Shown: positions 37,592 through 51,499, counted from the first letter of the stretch. The stretch: DNA of 64,000 bases from Heteronotia binoei (GCF_032191835.1 NC_083225.1:164362001-164426000); one strand, 5' to 3'. Notes: a model not told the origin generated them from the sequence alone. Numbers and translations: made by a program.

Positions 37592-38117
37592 GTATTGAAT
37601 GTTAATAGATTAAAATATTTTTTCATAAAACAAAGATTCCAACAAACTGGATTTCACAGAACTTGCAAGAACAAACAGAAACACAAGAGTAATGGCTAGG
37701 GATAGGCATGAAGCGGAAAACCAACTTGAACTGGGATGTTTGTTCATGAACTGAACCCCACAAATCCCATTGAAAGAGACTATGGTTTTCAGAAAGCCAA
37801 AAAAAACAGCTATGCGTCAGAAAGCAGCTTGGTGCCAAACTGAAAAAATATCTACTTGTTCTTATAGTAGATCTGCACAAACAGAACTGCATTATGTAAA
37901 ACTTATCTTCCAATATCATACTTATCAAACTTATCTTCCAATATCATACATCCAACTCAGGGTTTTGATTTTATTTTTAATTCTTGTAAAGATCTAGTTT
38001 TAGACAGAGGCTGTGGAATCTTATACAAAGTAACGTAAGCAAAAGAATTCAAGTGTTTTCACTCATTTATCATGTAACTTGTGCCTTACACTGTCATCCT
38101 TTTGTATTTTGTTGTAG

Positions 38118-38155
38118 ATGTTAAAAAGCATATTATAGTTACATTGGAAAGCTGA
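38118..38155 (+). CDS. ZDHHC20: ZDHHC20 exon 12, last coding segment (stop TGA 38153-38155; exon probably continues to the donor after 38195)
   Basis: ttttgttgtag|AT GTT AAA...; DVKKHIIVTLES* resembles the recalled human end GTNNHVTVAIEN; donor aaatg|gtaaga at 38195/38196. In-window CDS totals 971 nt, consistent with a phase-1 exon 1 upstream. Confidence 0.8.
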
Positions 38156-41100
38156 TCCTGGTTTCCATATCCAACCCTCATAAGAGGGGAAAATGGTAAG
38201 ATATATGAAATATATCTACTTGGAAATAATTTCTACTTGAAAATAATTAATTGTGGCCTAACAAATAAATAAAATAGTCTAGAGTGAAAAAAATTATAAA
38301 GGGTGACTGATAGAGTTGGGCAAGAATATTTCAGTCCAGAGATTGCCCTCTGTCCATTATTCTTCTTAGACTGGCTGAAATGCCGTTCAGACTAATTTCT
38401 AGTTTGTACTTTGGCTTAGATGAATAAACCTTGGGTTTCTAATCCCTCTTCCCCTCACACATCACATTCCCTTCCTTCCTGTAACTCCATAAATTTGTCG
38501 TTACATCTGAACCAGCAAACACAAGTTTCCAAGTAACCTCAAACCAGAATTGCAAACCAGGGTTGCAGCAGCCAAGTACAGTTTAAGTTCTGAAAAGGGA
38601 AAGAATTCATACATGGGACTAGGAGGAAAATAAATGAATGTGCAGGTTACCTGAGGCTCATCCATATAACACCAGACCAAAGGTTAGCGATGCACATGAA
38701 CCAAGCTGCTGTTTGTTTTCTCCACATGGACTGAGATATGGAGCTTCTTTTTACTGCTAGAGCTCTACCTGAAGTACCTCTGTGCATAATGCTTCTTCTT
38801 TAACGTGGGAGTAGCCACTGTCAGCCTCCATGCAGCTGGGATTAGGAAAAAGTTTCCAGGTTGCCTTGAGGCAATCGTATTCATTCTTCAGAAATCGGGT
38901 ATTATCGACAGAGGTGTCACATAAGCAGATTTAAGGCTGTAGACTGCACAACAAGGAACATTCAAGAAGACAAAACTGAACTGTTCTTAGATGACAATCA
39001 CAGAGCATAAACAGCTGCAATCTGGAGAGACATTAGTTTCTGATGCAATTTCTAGCTTGCCAGACAGGGGCTTCATGGATGGAAAGAAGTTGGTGGTGCA
39101 GGAGAATGTGTCCTTGAGTATTTTCTGCAATCCTTCCTTTTACATTGGCAGAAGGTCATAGAATGGCATTTGCCTAGATCAGCATGCAATGTAGGTAGCT
39201 TGGACTTGTCTGCTTTCCCATCTCTATATTCATCCAATATTACATTTAAGCTAATTTTAACTTTTCTTCCAAATAGGCTACTACAATACATATGTGCTTG
39301 GATATTACTTAATTTTGTATGGAAGACACTGATATATCAATAGAACAGTGCAAGCATGTTAACAGGATATGAAAAATGAAATCCTTGTACGGTGTACAAT
39401 GGATGCTCATAAGCACTACTACAGAGCGGGAAGTTTGACTGATGCCTTAAGATTCTTGATGTGCATTTCGCAACACGGACAAGCCGCTACCAAAGGGCCA
39501 AATCCTGAAATGCCCTGAAAGGGTGCGCAAGACTCAACATGCAGAAACTATGCATTCCAGCTGCATTGCAATGGAGGGGACTAATTCTGCAAAAATCATG
39601 TGGAAGACGGTGCTGTGCCAGTGTTATGCAGAAGATATTTTCATAGCAGTTCTCTAGAAGGGGTGGGGGGGAAGGGAAGTGTGTCTGGTATACCATCATG
39701 GAATTTGGCCATTAAACCTGCACTGTACAAGTATGTGTGATTCAAATACCACCTGGTGGACTAGTGACATGGTGCAGTTCTACTTTCTTCATCACCATTA
39801 TCTACTCAGAGGAACTGGTAAGTGTCACTGAGAAGCCTGCCGAAGATCCTGGCTTTTTAGTCCACTCTAATATTAAGGTTCTCTTGTTCAGACTTCCTTT
39901 TTTGCAATATAGTACAGAATCAAGCAAGCAAGGTTAATCAGTTGCTTGTTTTCAGAATTTAGGCCCACTGTCAGTCTGGAGAATTAGTTTTATTTTCATT
40001 TGTTGTTGTTTTAAAAAGCCAATATTTTAATTTCTTCACTGTTTGATCTAAAAGCCATGTAATTAACTAACCCCGTGTAGGCATGTTTACCTGAATGCTT
40101 TTACTAGGTCTTCCTGGCCAATAGGTAGCATGTACTTAGATTTCTTTCAGGCCAAGTCCAGAGACCATACACTTATTTCCTTGAAAGGAATCATGTTTAT
40201 ACAACCTGATGTAGAGATTGATTCCACAAGGATCTTTCCCAGTATTATTCAAACATGGTAGGGAAGGAGATACGGAAGCGAAAAGGATTATCTCACACTA
40301 GAATGAAGCCACTTTGTTTCCTAGGGTTCTAAGGCCACCTGCCTTTCCAAAAATCTTATTGATTCTAGATTCTGAACTTGGGGACAAATCCTTATCTGAG
40401 CAAGTATTGTAACATAATGGGAATGTAATCATGATGATCAGTTCGCTAAGGGTACTGAGATATTAGAAGCATGACCCCCAGGGATGGGGGGAGATAACAT
40501 TGTTAGATATTTATCTAGATATCCTGAGTACTCTATTACACCTCATGAATTAATTTTAAATGCACAAAATTCCATTCTAAATGTAACAAGATAATTTATT
40601 TAATCTCTGTGAATCCAACAACCAAAAAGCCAAGCCAAATAGAAAAGTCACACAGATTTAGCAGAAGGAGCAGTGTTGGGAACTTTGATCTTGCATATCA
40701 CCATTCTATGATTTTTTTTCTCCCAGTGAAGGTGCTTCTTGGTTAATCACAAGAGAACATAGGAGTGAAAAGGGCAACAATCCATTAAAGTAAGGTAGCT
40801 TAGTTCAAAAGTATTGTGTGAATTGTGTCTGGAGAGCTACGGGAAACTAGTGGAGATCCTGAAGTGTGAGTGTGAAATGCTCGCAACAAGCTATCTGTTT
40901 GCATTTCACTCACAAGCTACCTTCAGATGTCACAACAAGCTGCAGATTAACTGTGATCAGTCACATCCAGAGTTTATTGCTTTATTCATATGTATTGTTC
41001 CAGCCTCTACTGTATGGAGTTTGACCAAACTCATACAAGCAGGATTTGTGTGGAGTAAACAAATTCCAGCTCAACAGGATTCCTGCAATTTTGATGTCTC

Positions 41101-43726
41101 AAGTGAACTGGAGCTTGATTAGTCTGGGAAGTCAAGCTCCCATGTGTTAGAGGAGGTAAGAAAAGTGAAAGGTACACACAAACACAGAAACAAACCTGTT
41201 AGTGTCCAGTTGGAGATTAGCCTGAAATATCACAGCTACCTTATAGTTGTCTGAGCCAACTCTATACATTTAGAGTATGCGAGTAAGCAGATTTCAAGTT
41301 TGGAATATGCAAGTCATTAGATTCCTGTCTACCTTTCACCAGGCAAAATGAGAGGGGGGGGGGAATCTTGTGTACGTTATTTCTACCTGAAAAATCATAG
41401 TACTAGTGATAGATTTAGGCATGTATCAAGGCCTCTGTCTTATGAGACATCCCTTTTCTGCCTCCCTTCCCTCTGCCCCTTTCAGAGTTGCTAGCTGTGT
41501 AGGCTAGTTTTAGCTTCCTTTTTTCCCAATATTTTGCTGTTTCTGCTTCAGATAAAACTGGAAAAGAAACAAGTTGACTTTCTTTTATGATTTAATTGTA
41601 ACATTTGTACTAATACCAAAATGAAAACAGGAGTATAAAGATAAGTTTCAGCTTACTGTTCCTGTTGGACCCTCATAGACTCCAATGAGCTGCAGCACCT
41701 CAGCCATGTCAAAAATGAAGCAACGTAAATTACTGGGCTGCTGAGAGTGCATCTCCAAGTGTATTGTAACAGGAAGAAAGACAACATGGACCTCTGCAGT
41801 AAGCTATGTCTTCCTTCACTACCCTAACTGCTTTCCATCGCCATCCTTAAGCAATCTTGTCTGCAGCTCAGCAGCCTTGAAACCTAACTTCCTGATCATG
41901 TAAGAATGATCCTTCCAATTGATTTTTTGTCTTGCATTATCAAAAGCCAACACGGTAAGAGCAATTGTTTTGCAGCAAAATCTGCAAATATAAGTAGTGG
42001 TGATGTGCAAACAAAGCCTTTATGCAAACAGAGCCTTGGTGAGCCAGCTTTGTTAGATGCTTGAAACAGACTTTCCTAAAAAAAACTGTGCCCCAAGACT
42101 ACTTCTTGGGGTTTTTTGCACCAGACTAGCTGTCCCTCTGAATCTGCAAAGAAACTGGCTGCTCAGCAGCTCCCCTACCCCCCCTAGGGTTTTCCAGCTG
42201 GATCCACCCTGACGTTTTCATTTTTCTTTCAAACTGGCATAACCATACACTGAAAATTACTGCCCCTCCCCAAACCTCATAAAAATCAGTATGCTGTGAT
42301 ACTCAGTCCTCATAAGTCAATATGATTTAGTCATATTGAAAATGGCACTAAATTGGCTTGCATATATGGCAATTCTTGAATGACTTCTAGTTCATAATCA
42401 ACATTCAGTTCAGCACGTGGTTTAGCTTGCAACAAGTTACTTACACCTCTGAAGCTTTAGTAAGAAGTTGTAAGGTTTGAGGGTAACTGCATATCATTCA
42501 GAATGGGAGTATGAAATACGGAATGGCATTCCAGTCCCCTTTCTTTCCATGCAAGAGGCGAGACATCCTGTGTTGTGACATATAGCAGTGGTATAGTGCA
42601 GTAACCACAGCACCTTATCCCAGCTTAATAATGTACATTCCCCCCTCTTCATTATATAGCTGTCTGAAGCACTATAAAATATGTAAAATGGTACTCTAAA
42701 CTGCTTTGGTATTGGCAGCAACATAAACTAGGATTTAAATTTGGAAGACAAAATTCTGATATTGTAAATTCTTTTGTAATTCTTTTGTTTTATGAAGTTC
42801 TTACAGATAAAAAACCCAGATGAAAAAAAGGGGAAACCTGGCCCCCTTTATTACTACCCAAGAAGTAACCAATGCGGCATGTGGAGATTTATATGAAATT
42901 CCATTTTTGCATGATGTAAAATAGCATTTTTTTTCCACAATTCAACTGTAAATGAAAGAGGAGCTAAAACAGGGTATGTTGCCTTTGTGACCTATCAGAC
43001 CTTGTGTCAAACCAGACAGAATGCGAAAGATCCATGATTAGGCCTTTTCCTATTTTTAATTAGTTAGGCCCACAGCTGCTTTGAAGAATAAGAGTTGTCA
43101 TTATGAGATGTTTAACCCTTTCCTTCCATGTCTCTCAAATAACTGGTGAATGGGCTGACTGCTCTCAGTCCTGAATCTAACATTTGATCTTTTGCTCAGG
43201 TACTGGGATTTAACCCCATTCCCTGCACAGAACACCTAGTGGTTTGACTTAAGTGCAATGAGAAAAGCTCTAACATGACACATGAGCAACTTGCAAGTGA
43301 GTCTGTAGTTCATATAAGAACTGAGAGGTGATGAGGCTACTGCTGATTTTTAATGCCCCATCATAACACCTACATGGTTATCTTCCACCATCTAGGAGCT
43401 GTAACAAAAGAACTGCCTCTGGTATATAGTAGGATGGAGCTGTTCTGCTCTGCCTTCCTTAAGAGTGCCTCAGCCTCGTATTTCAACAGCTTCAAAGGGG
43501 ATAGGATGGGACTCGGTAAATCTCGGGAGCCAAACTATACATTTATGGGTTGTGCTTGCCAATATAAACTGCAGCAAATTTTATGATATCACGTTACATA
43601 TGCAGGTTGCATAAAATGAGTAGGTAACAGGGTTCTCTTTGTAATGTGTACACAGAATTAAAGGCCCATGTGCACTTTTATGAACATTAGGTGTCTAGAT
43701 TATCAGAATTGTATTTCTCTTTTCAG

Positions 43727-45235
43727 TCCTGTTGAGATCATTGAAAACTACAGTCAATGTTAATATTTTAGTTTGCTCTGCAGTCCTTAAACCACTACGA
43801 AAAGATCCTATAGCAATTAATGAACTTACCAACTATCTATTAGATCAACTAGACTTTTTTAAAAAGAAAGATGTCTATAATACTATTACTTATTGCGTGG
43901 ACATCTTACCAGTCACCCTAAATGATACCAAAGAGTAAAGTATAAAGTTTTGTTACACTGAAATACATGTTTACAGGTTTAACTACTATGCTTTACCTTC
44001 AAAGCATTTTTCTGGTGAATAAGGCTAGCATCAACAGCACTTTGAGGATCATACAGTATATTTACAAAACAGCATGCTGTTTTCTGGATGCCACTAAAAA
44101 TTCTTCTCCATACAGTGATTGTTAAACTTGATTTCTGTTGAAAGTATTGAGTCAGTCAAATGCCCAAGAGGCTCTTTATATGAGATGCCAGCCAAAATAC
44201 ACTAAGTGAAGTTGAATCATAGCTACCTAACAGTACATCCTCCTCTGCATCAAGCTAGATGTCCAGTTTATTTTCCAGATATTATATTACTTGAATCTTG
44301 TAAATAGCAAGAAGAGTCTGACCATGTTTACAAAATTATTGAAGATGACTCAGAAGTTCTGCAAACAGTGAGATAAATGTACAGTAATTTTAGAACATGT
44401 TAAGACACTGTCAAGATCCTCTTTGTTCTGACACCAAAGACCTAGCAGCTCACACATTTTATATGGTTTACATTGTGTTACAATTCTGGGATTACACCAA
44501 AACTGGTCTCTAGTAGGTGGTTTAAGGATTGCAGCCTTGACCTCAGTCCTAAATCTCTTTACATAGTACATAGTTAAGGACTGCAGGTGCAGCAGACAGA
44601 TACTCCAGTTTCATCACTTCCCCCAGTGTAAATTCCATAACCACAGAATGCACATTCCAGATTTAATTTCTGGGACTGCTTCAACCTGCGTGTTTACCAG
44701 GGCACATGTCAGATACAATACATGGCAGAGTATTTCTGATAAGGTGTCTGCGAGTATTTTATTTAACTATCAGTATCTTAATTGTACTAAGTAAAGTTGC
44801 AAGTATTCAGATTTAATTGTGGAGTTAGAAGAGGATACATAATGTGAATAGCATCTTTTTATGTTGCCTATAGGAATATTCCTATGCACAAAAAACATTG
44901 CAATTAATAGTTTAATACTTCAAAGTGACTTTTTAAATGGGCTTTTATAAATACACAAGTACACAGATCACTTTGCCTGAAATTTTCTTATTTTAAATTG
45001 TACCTTGTAATATCTTCATGTATGTTTTCCAGCAATGTAATAATTTTAGATCATGTTGAATATTTTGTAACTCAAAGTGCAGACTTCCATTCATATCTTA
45101 ATTATAACTCATGATCAAGAGGGAAAAAATGCATAATCTTTAAGCCCTTCTTTGCCAAAGTGGTGATACATTCATGGATTATGACACAATGAATGCAAAA
45201 GAAACTAAATAAATACCTTGAAAATAAGTTGTCAG
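43727..45235 (+). other. ZDHHC20: Probable ZDHHC20 terminal exon / 3'UTR
   Basis: Acceptor gtatttctcttttcag| at 43726; AT-rich stretch with no recognisable TE; AATAAA at 45208-45213; 3' end approximate. Confidence 0.55.
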
Positions 45236-45908
45236 TTGCAGTGTATTTCTCAATACCAGAAGTGGAAAAGGGGGGAAAAGGTTAATTGAAATAGCAGGAT
45301 GGTGAACCGTAGGTTAGAGGGACATCATGCAAAGAAATATTTTAAAAGTTAAGATCCTGTGGTCTGCAAGCCCAACCTGAATAATAGCAACAGCCAGGAG
45401 AAAATGTCAGCTGAAGGAACCATCATCATTACTGGAACGTATCCGCAGGATCTAGTACCATGAGTGGTGTAAATAGAGTGATATGGGAGGCACTTGATAA
45501 AAAGGTGATCCATCTACATAAGCTGTCATCCACTGAAACCAGAAGGCCATCTGACAAACCATAACCAACCTACAAAAGTTGTGATGCAAGCTAACAACAG
45601 CTTTGAAAACTTAGAAGAATGTATAAATGGGTCCAGTAATACCTGATAGCTACCATACCAAAAGTCATATACCAAATGCTAGGAATTTAGGGATAGTCTT
45701 TATCCCTATTTATCTCATGTTCATTGCCTTTTGGTATTTCACCCACCATCAAACTCTTTGGAGCAGGAACCTGTCCCCCCCCCCCCCCAAAAAAAAACAA
45801 AATGTTTGAAGCACACTGCACATTAGTGGTGATAATGAGCCCTTAAAGAAGTCTAAAATATAAATAACTAAAATGTTTTTAAAATGCCCTAATTGCAATG
45901 CTCCTGAT

Positions 45909-46100
45909 CAATGTTCCTGGTAAGCTGTGGAGTCTTGTGAGCAAAAATGTTACTTTGTGAGCTACTGGCATTAAAGTTGTGAGCTACTGCATAAATTAGT
46001 TTGCTCTAGGGCCATTTTTCCTGAGCTAAGACAAAAATGTGTGAACCAGAGGCTAAAAAACTGCACTAGCTCACACTAACTCAGCTTAGAGGGAACACTG
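45909..46100. mobile_element. hAT MITE, same 192-bp family as 5183
   Basis: 8-bp TSD ctcctgat/ctcctgac; internal sequence homologous to the 5183 copy. Confidence 0.85.
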
Positions 46101-46269
46101 CTCCTGACATATCTTGCTTGCAGACTGAATAATGAATTGTGTGGGCCATTAGCAACTCATGTTCTTATCGTTTTCATGATTGAAGGAAAATACTGACAAC
46201 GCTCAAGCAGTTCTTCAGTACAAAACTATGAGTTGTTTTTATACTCCTTTTCTTTACCCTGGAGAGTCT

Positions 46270-46455
46270 CTAAGCTGTTTAAATCACATTCCCTTCCTCT
46301 CCCCACAATAAGCACTTTGTGAAATAGGTGGGGCTAAGATAGTTCTGACAGAACTGTAACTGGCCCAAGGCCACACAGCTGGCTTCATGTGGAGGAGTGT
46401 GATATCAATCCTAGTTCTCCAGTTTAGAAACCATCACTCTTAACTATTACATCAT
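46270..46455 (-). mobile_element. Squam3/MIR-type SINE (older); similar decayed copies near 14185, 23575, 29885, 48505 and 51300
   Basis: Core homology (ttgtga..taggtggggc...tggcccaagg...tcatgtggaggag). Confidence 0.6.
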
Positions 46456-46647
46456 GTTAACATGTTAAGAGTGCTGGCCAAGGGGAGAAACTCACAATTG
46501 AAAATAAGGTATTCAGACACTGGGGACCTAAATACTATGTAAGAGGTGACATAATTCATGAAGCAGTTAAATTAGAATGACCATCCAAATCAAAGTATTT
46601 TTGACTCACTGTTTTCATGTAGCAGTTGAAAGACCTTGGAGAAAAAG

Positions 46648-46940
46648 AGGTAAGGTAAAGGTAGTCCCCTGTGCAAGCACCAGTCGTTTCCGACTCTGGG
46701 ATGATGTCGCATCACGATGTTTTCACGGAAGACTTTTTACGGGGCAGTTTGCCATTGCCTTCCCCAGTCATCTACACTTTCCCCCCAGCAAGCTGGGTAC
46801 TCATTTTACCAACCTCGGAAGGATGGAAGGCTGAGTCAACCTGGAGTTGGCTACCTGAACCCAGCTTTCGCCAGGATCGAACTTGGGTCATGAGCAGAGC
46901 TTAGGACTGCAGTACTGCAGCTTTATCACTGTGCCATGGG
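46648..46940 (-). mobile_element. Sauria-type SINE
   Basis: aaggtaaaggtagtcccctgtgcaagcacc ... gcagtactgcagctt. Confidence 0.88.
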
Positions 46941-47593
46941 ACTTATAATTATCTAGGTAGGCACATAATTATCTAATATGGCAGGAATACCAAATATAAA
47001 GGTTAAGAACTATCAGAATATTGGGGTTTTCCTTCTTAGAACAAGATAACCTGCTTAATTTTTTCCAATAACCTTTATTCCCATCCACCCCAATTCCTGC
47101 CACATGTGCCCCAACATTATACAGAAGCTTCCTGTTTTACAAACAGATGGCCACATGGTTATACATACATATGTATAACCAGGCTTTCCCATTCTGTGGA
47201 TATTAAAGGGCCTGGGCCAGGTAGCTTGTGCAAATGTTTTATTGGGCCAAGTGACTTCAACTTGGAATGTGAAGAAAAATAATGTGAGAGGCTGCATCTC
47301 TTCCTTAACCTCCTATTCCAGTTTTTAGAGCTCACCTGCTTTATGCAGTCCCCATTATGTTGTTCAGAATACCAACCTGACTAGCTCTTCCATGGAAAGA
47401 TATTCACTAAGCATACTACTAAAAGCTTTGGAAGGTAAAAAATGCATAATTTAACAAAGTATTCCTAACAATGCTGATTAAATAAGAGACTCATAACTGA
47501 AGAACAGCATATTTGTTAACAAGCTTTACTGATTATTGTTGCTAGCATCAGATGTAACAACTGATCAGAGAACAGAGTTCAATAAACTGGTAC

Positions 47594-47908
47594 TTAAGAG
47601 CTTTCCCATTTCTTGGTCACATTAAGATGGTTTAGGTGTTCTGTGGCATACTTGTGCTCAGGAAAATTAGACCTTCGTGCAGCTCTTATTGCTTCTGTTG
47701 ATGCCTGCCTACGCTCCTCGTTATGGCGATACTCCTGCTCTCTAGTCATGTATGGCCGGCTCAGCCAATATTCATTTTCAGCTTCAATTTCCAACATTTT
47801 AATCATCTTGCATTTCATTTCCATGGTAACCTCCCTTGGCCGTCTGTGCTTGCCAATCCATTGATGCCCAGGAATTTTGTTTCGAAGTAGCACCAGAGTC
47901 AGAAACAT
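47594..47908 (-). CDS. MRPL57: Mitochondrial ribosomal protein L57 (mL63), single coding exon, 104 aa
   Basis: MFLT...[14 protein letters not shown]...RLEIEAEN-like [21 protein letters not shown]...LNVTKKW; minus-strand acceptor ttacag| with exon starting at 47916; synteny with SKA3. Confidence 0.97.
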   Translation of the reverse strand: MFLTLVLLRNKIPGHQWIGKHRRPREVTMEMKCKMIKMLEIEAENEYWLSRPYMTREQEYRHNEERRQASTEAIRAARRSNFPEHKYATEHLNHLNVTKKWESS

Positions 47909-49227
47909 TCCTTTAACTGTAACAGGTTAAAATAGCAACAAGTGAATATTCCTTTAATTGGCAATTCAAGCTCAAACAGATGCACTAGGCATTGGCGGAG
48001 ATGGATTAGAAAATGCAACTTCTACCTATTAACACTTCAGCATTCTGTTTTATCCCTATCAGGGAATCCAACAAGTACATCTTTACCAGGCAGAGCTAAT
48101 ATTCCTTCACCAATGGGCAAGCACCCTGTCCCAAGTGCTGTGTGGACTGCAGAGAATTTCAGGGAGCAAATTAATGTTCTCTCACTTTCAGCTAGCTTTG
48201 TAGAATCAGCATACAAAAGCATGGATGTTTTCTGACCATACCAGGCAATGCAGGTCCTTCTCATTGTTTTCCTATTGCTTAGCTATCCGCGTGGAGTAGA
48301 GGAAGGGATACAGGTTTTGGCTAAATTCTCACTGTGGTGATGATTCTCTGAATTGACCACTTTCGGTCTGCAAGCAGAGGATAACATGACAATGCATACA
48401 AAAATAACCCTACACAGAAAATTAGACATTGGCAAGAAAGGTTATGCTTAGCTTTCTCCATGCCACATAAGTGGTGAAATTTGTATGTGTGGAATAAAAA
48501 ACTGAGCCAGAATGGTGTACTAGTTAGGGAGTCAGACCAGTATCTGGGAGACTCAGGTCTGAATCCCTAGTCTGCCATGGAAGCTTCTTGGCTGATTCCA
48601 GAACCAGGTTTAGCATCTCACTGAGAAATAGGCCTGTCCTAATTGTACCAGGTGCAGCTTTCTAAGCAGCTCATTAAGCATAAGAGGTAGAAAGACTGCC
48701 TAACCAAACTTTACTTTAAAAAAATTATTCTCTTATCTAGGAAAATATGACTATTTCATAACTGAAGCAGCAATTTCAATTTGCTATGTGACAAGAAAGC
48801 AGAAGGGAAAACACGCGGGTATCCTTTCCCTCTCATGGGAATGCAGCAGATGTAAAGAAATAGGGATTTCCACCTCAATTCCCATTACAATCCAGCCACA
48901 TGAATCTGGAGTATCAGGAGAATGGTCTTGTGAGACACCTGTAGAAGATGCATGATTGTTTTAAAAGGATCTAAGTAGTCTGTTTTGTTATTTATCCTGA
49001 ACTCCTGGGAGCAAGATGGGCCAAGTAGAAACTGACAAACAAAAGGCCTTATTCTTGTCTATACCTTTTGAACGATACTTCATCTAGTGTCATTGAGAAA
49101 GTGGCTAAGTTTCTTTATTATGGTTTAAAGGCATGCCAGAGGATCTCATAGAAATAGTTTATGTTTATGCTTTTCCTGATGTATATGTATGCAATCATTC
49201 CATTTTATCTTTTTTTTAACCAATTTG

Positions 49228-49232
<5 letters not shown>

Positions 49233-49288
<56 letters not shown>
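49233..49288. repeat. (AT)28 microsatellite in the MRPL57 intron
   Basis: Uninterrupted AT run of 56 bp. Confidence 0.98.
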
Positions 49289-49291
<3 letters not shown>

Positions 49292-50429
49292 GCCAATAAA
49301 GGCCAACTTGACTTGACTCTTGTCTATACAAGCACAAATTCCATTGGATTTGGTGATACTTACTTTTTGCCTGACCAAGCTTAGAATCAAGCTGCACAAT
49401 TCACACTACTGGCACAGAGGTTGGTCCTTATCCGGCCAGTTGGGCTGGCAGTCTTGTCTAGGCCAAAGCCTCTGAACAAAGCCAGTTCAGGCAGTATTTT
49501 TGGCATAAGTGTGCATCATCTTGAGGACCTAGCATAGAAAATTTAACGTACACAGAGGCCAAAATTAAATATAGTCAAGTTATTTAACCCCACTGATTCA
49601 ACAGTGTTGAACTGGGGCCAGAGTGTTTTGTTCAATAAATAATAAGTGACTTGGTGGGGTAAAGAGAGGCTTCAATCTCACATGAGAATATGCAGAATTA
49701 TGTATTATCCAATATTATGCAGATTTAAAAGGATACAATTTATAACACACCTGTTTTCTCACACAGCTTTATGCATTACAAAAAGCACAGTGCTGCCAGC
49801 TCCACTATACTGTATTTTTAAAATCTACAGCATGTCCTGCAGGGCCTTCTAAACAGTAAACTAACCATGACAGTTTTTCTTTGAAATGTACAAATGTTTA
49901 ATCTCACAATGGATCTGGCTGAATTGCTTACAGATTATTTGTCACACAAAACAACATTTGTTAAGGAGGGGAGAAAGAGATGGAAAGAAAGCATATCAAC
50001 TATTGAGAGCAATTTACCATCAACGTCTATAAGAAAATGATACAGTGGTTATCCTGTTGGACTACGACATAACAGTCCTGTTCAAACCCTTGCTTTACCA
50101 GAAGATTTGCAGGGTTACCCTGGAGCAGCTGTTCTCTCTTACAACAGGGTTGCTGGGAGGACTAACAGCAGAGGGGAAACTAATGCATACTGTTTGGTTA
50201 TTTACTGTCTTGTGCTCCTTAGAGGAAGACCAAGATCCAGGTGGACAGCCATGTTGGTCTAAAGCAGTAGAACAAAGTTTTGTTTCAGTGGCACCCTTAA
50301 GACCAACAATGTATTATTCAGATAGTGAAACAGAATCTTCTCATCCATTACACATAGGAAGGATGTATGTGTATGTGTTTATTTCTATTTATAGCCTGTC
50401 CTCCCCAAGAATGGGCTCAGGGCAGGTAA

Positions 50430-50648
50430 AAAGGTAAAGGTATTCCCCTGTGCAAGCACCAATCTTTTTCGCCTCTGGAGTGAAGCTGCTTTCACGTTTT
50501 CACAGCAGACATTTTACGGGGTGGTTTGCCATTGCCTTCCCCAGTCATCTACACTTTCCCCCCAGCAAACTGGGTACTCATTTTACCAACCTCGGAAGGA
50601 TGGAAGGCTGAGTCAACCTGGAGCCGGCTAACTGAACCAGCTTCTGCT
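50430..50648 (-). mobile_element. 5'-truncated Sauria-type SINE
   Basis: 10-bp TSD gggcaggtaa (50420, 50649); tRNA head absent. Confidence 0.85.
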
Positions 50649-51499
50649 GGGCAGGTAACAATTTATAAAAATTACAGTCAAGAAATATCATACATCAGTT
50701 ACAAGTTAAAACATCAGATGAAATTAATTAAGATACCAAGATGGCAATAGAGAACAAAGCTCAATAACTGGGCCAAGACACAGATGTTAATAATCCTATG
50801 GGTCAAAGGCTAGGGCCGTCTGAAGCAGGGAGGCCATATGATGTTGTCTGGGTTTTGATAATTTATTTCCTCCTCTGTTTTCCCTCAGAATTGAACCCAA
50901 CCACATAAAATCAATTTATTATTCCAGTTTGACCCCTGAATCTGTAATACTTTGCGGTCAATCAGCAGTTTTTCTCCAGACCAGATTGACAAGGGATCCT
51001 GGAGGTTTTTGCCATCTTCTGGGCATAGACCAGGGGTCATTGAGGATGTGTGAGAGGGAGATATTTGTTAGTGACCCTGGAGATCGCTTCAATATGCTCA
51101 CTCTCCACCTATATATATTCACTAGTTATTTCTATTTTTATTTCTGTCTCTGTCTTGACTCTACTTGGCCCCCCCTCCTATATGTAATGGTTGAGGAAAT
51201 TCTACCTCAACAAATGCTAGAATCATATAAACCTGACTTGATCCACTGAGGAACTTCTTAGCCACACTACTCAACGTTGATTTTTTTTAAAAAACCGCGT
51301 TATTTATTAGTTTTTCAATCAGCTGTTCCTGCAAAGAGCTCAAGTTTGCATTTCCAATTTCTGTCCTCACAACTACCTTGTGAGCTAAGTCAAGGTGGCA
51401 GTGAATGGTCTGAAAATTATATAATGGGTAAAGGGGGGAACTGAACCAAGGGTCACTCGGTGATCGGGAATATTTTAATAATGATTATAACGATTTGTG

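Noticed and set aside
34244-37597. Three consecutive GTATT donors resembling U12 (GTATCCTT) introns
   Set aside because: None matches GTATCCTT exactly, and I saw no U12 branch consensus; they are treated as weak U2 donors.
3024-38155. Alternative assignment as ZDHHC2 or ZDHHC15
   Set aside because: NEL.DTRAKFHVLFLFFV, LVGKNR and the MDPEQ tail, plus synteny with MRPL57 and SKA3, favour ZDHHC20.
44036-44306. miR-17/302-type seed (AGCACTTT) and a Pumilio site (TGTAAATA) in the presumptive 3'UTR
   Set aside because: Short motifs are uninformative without conservation data.
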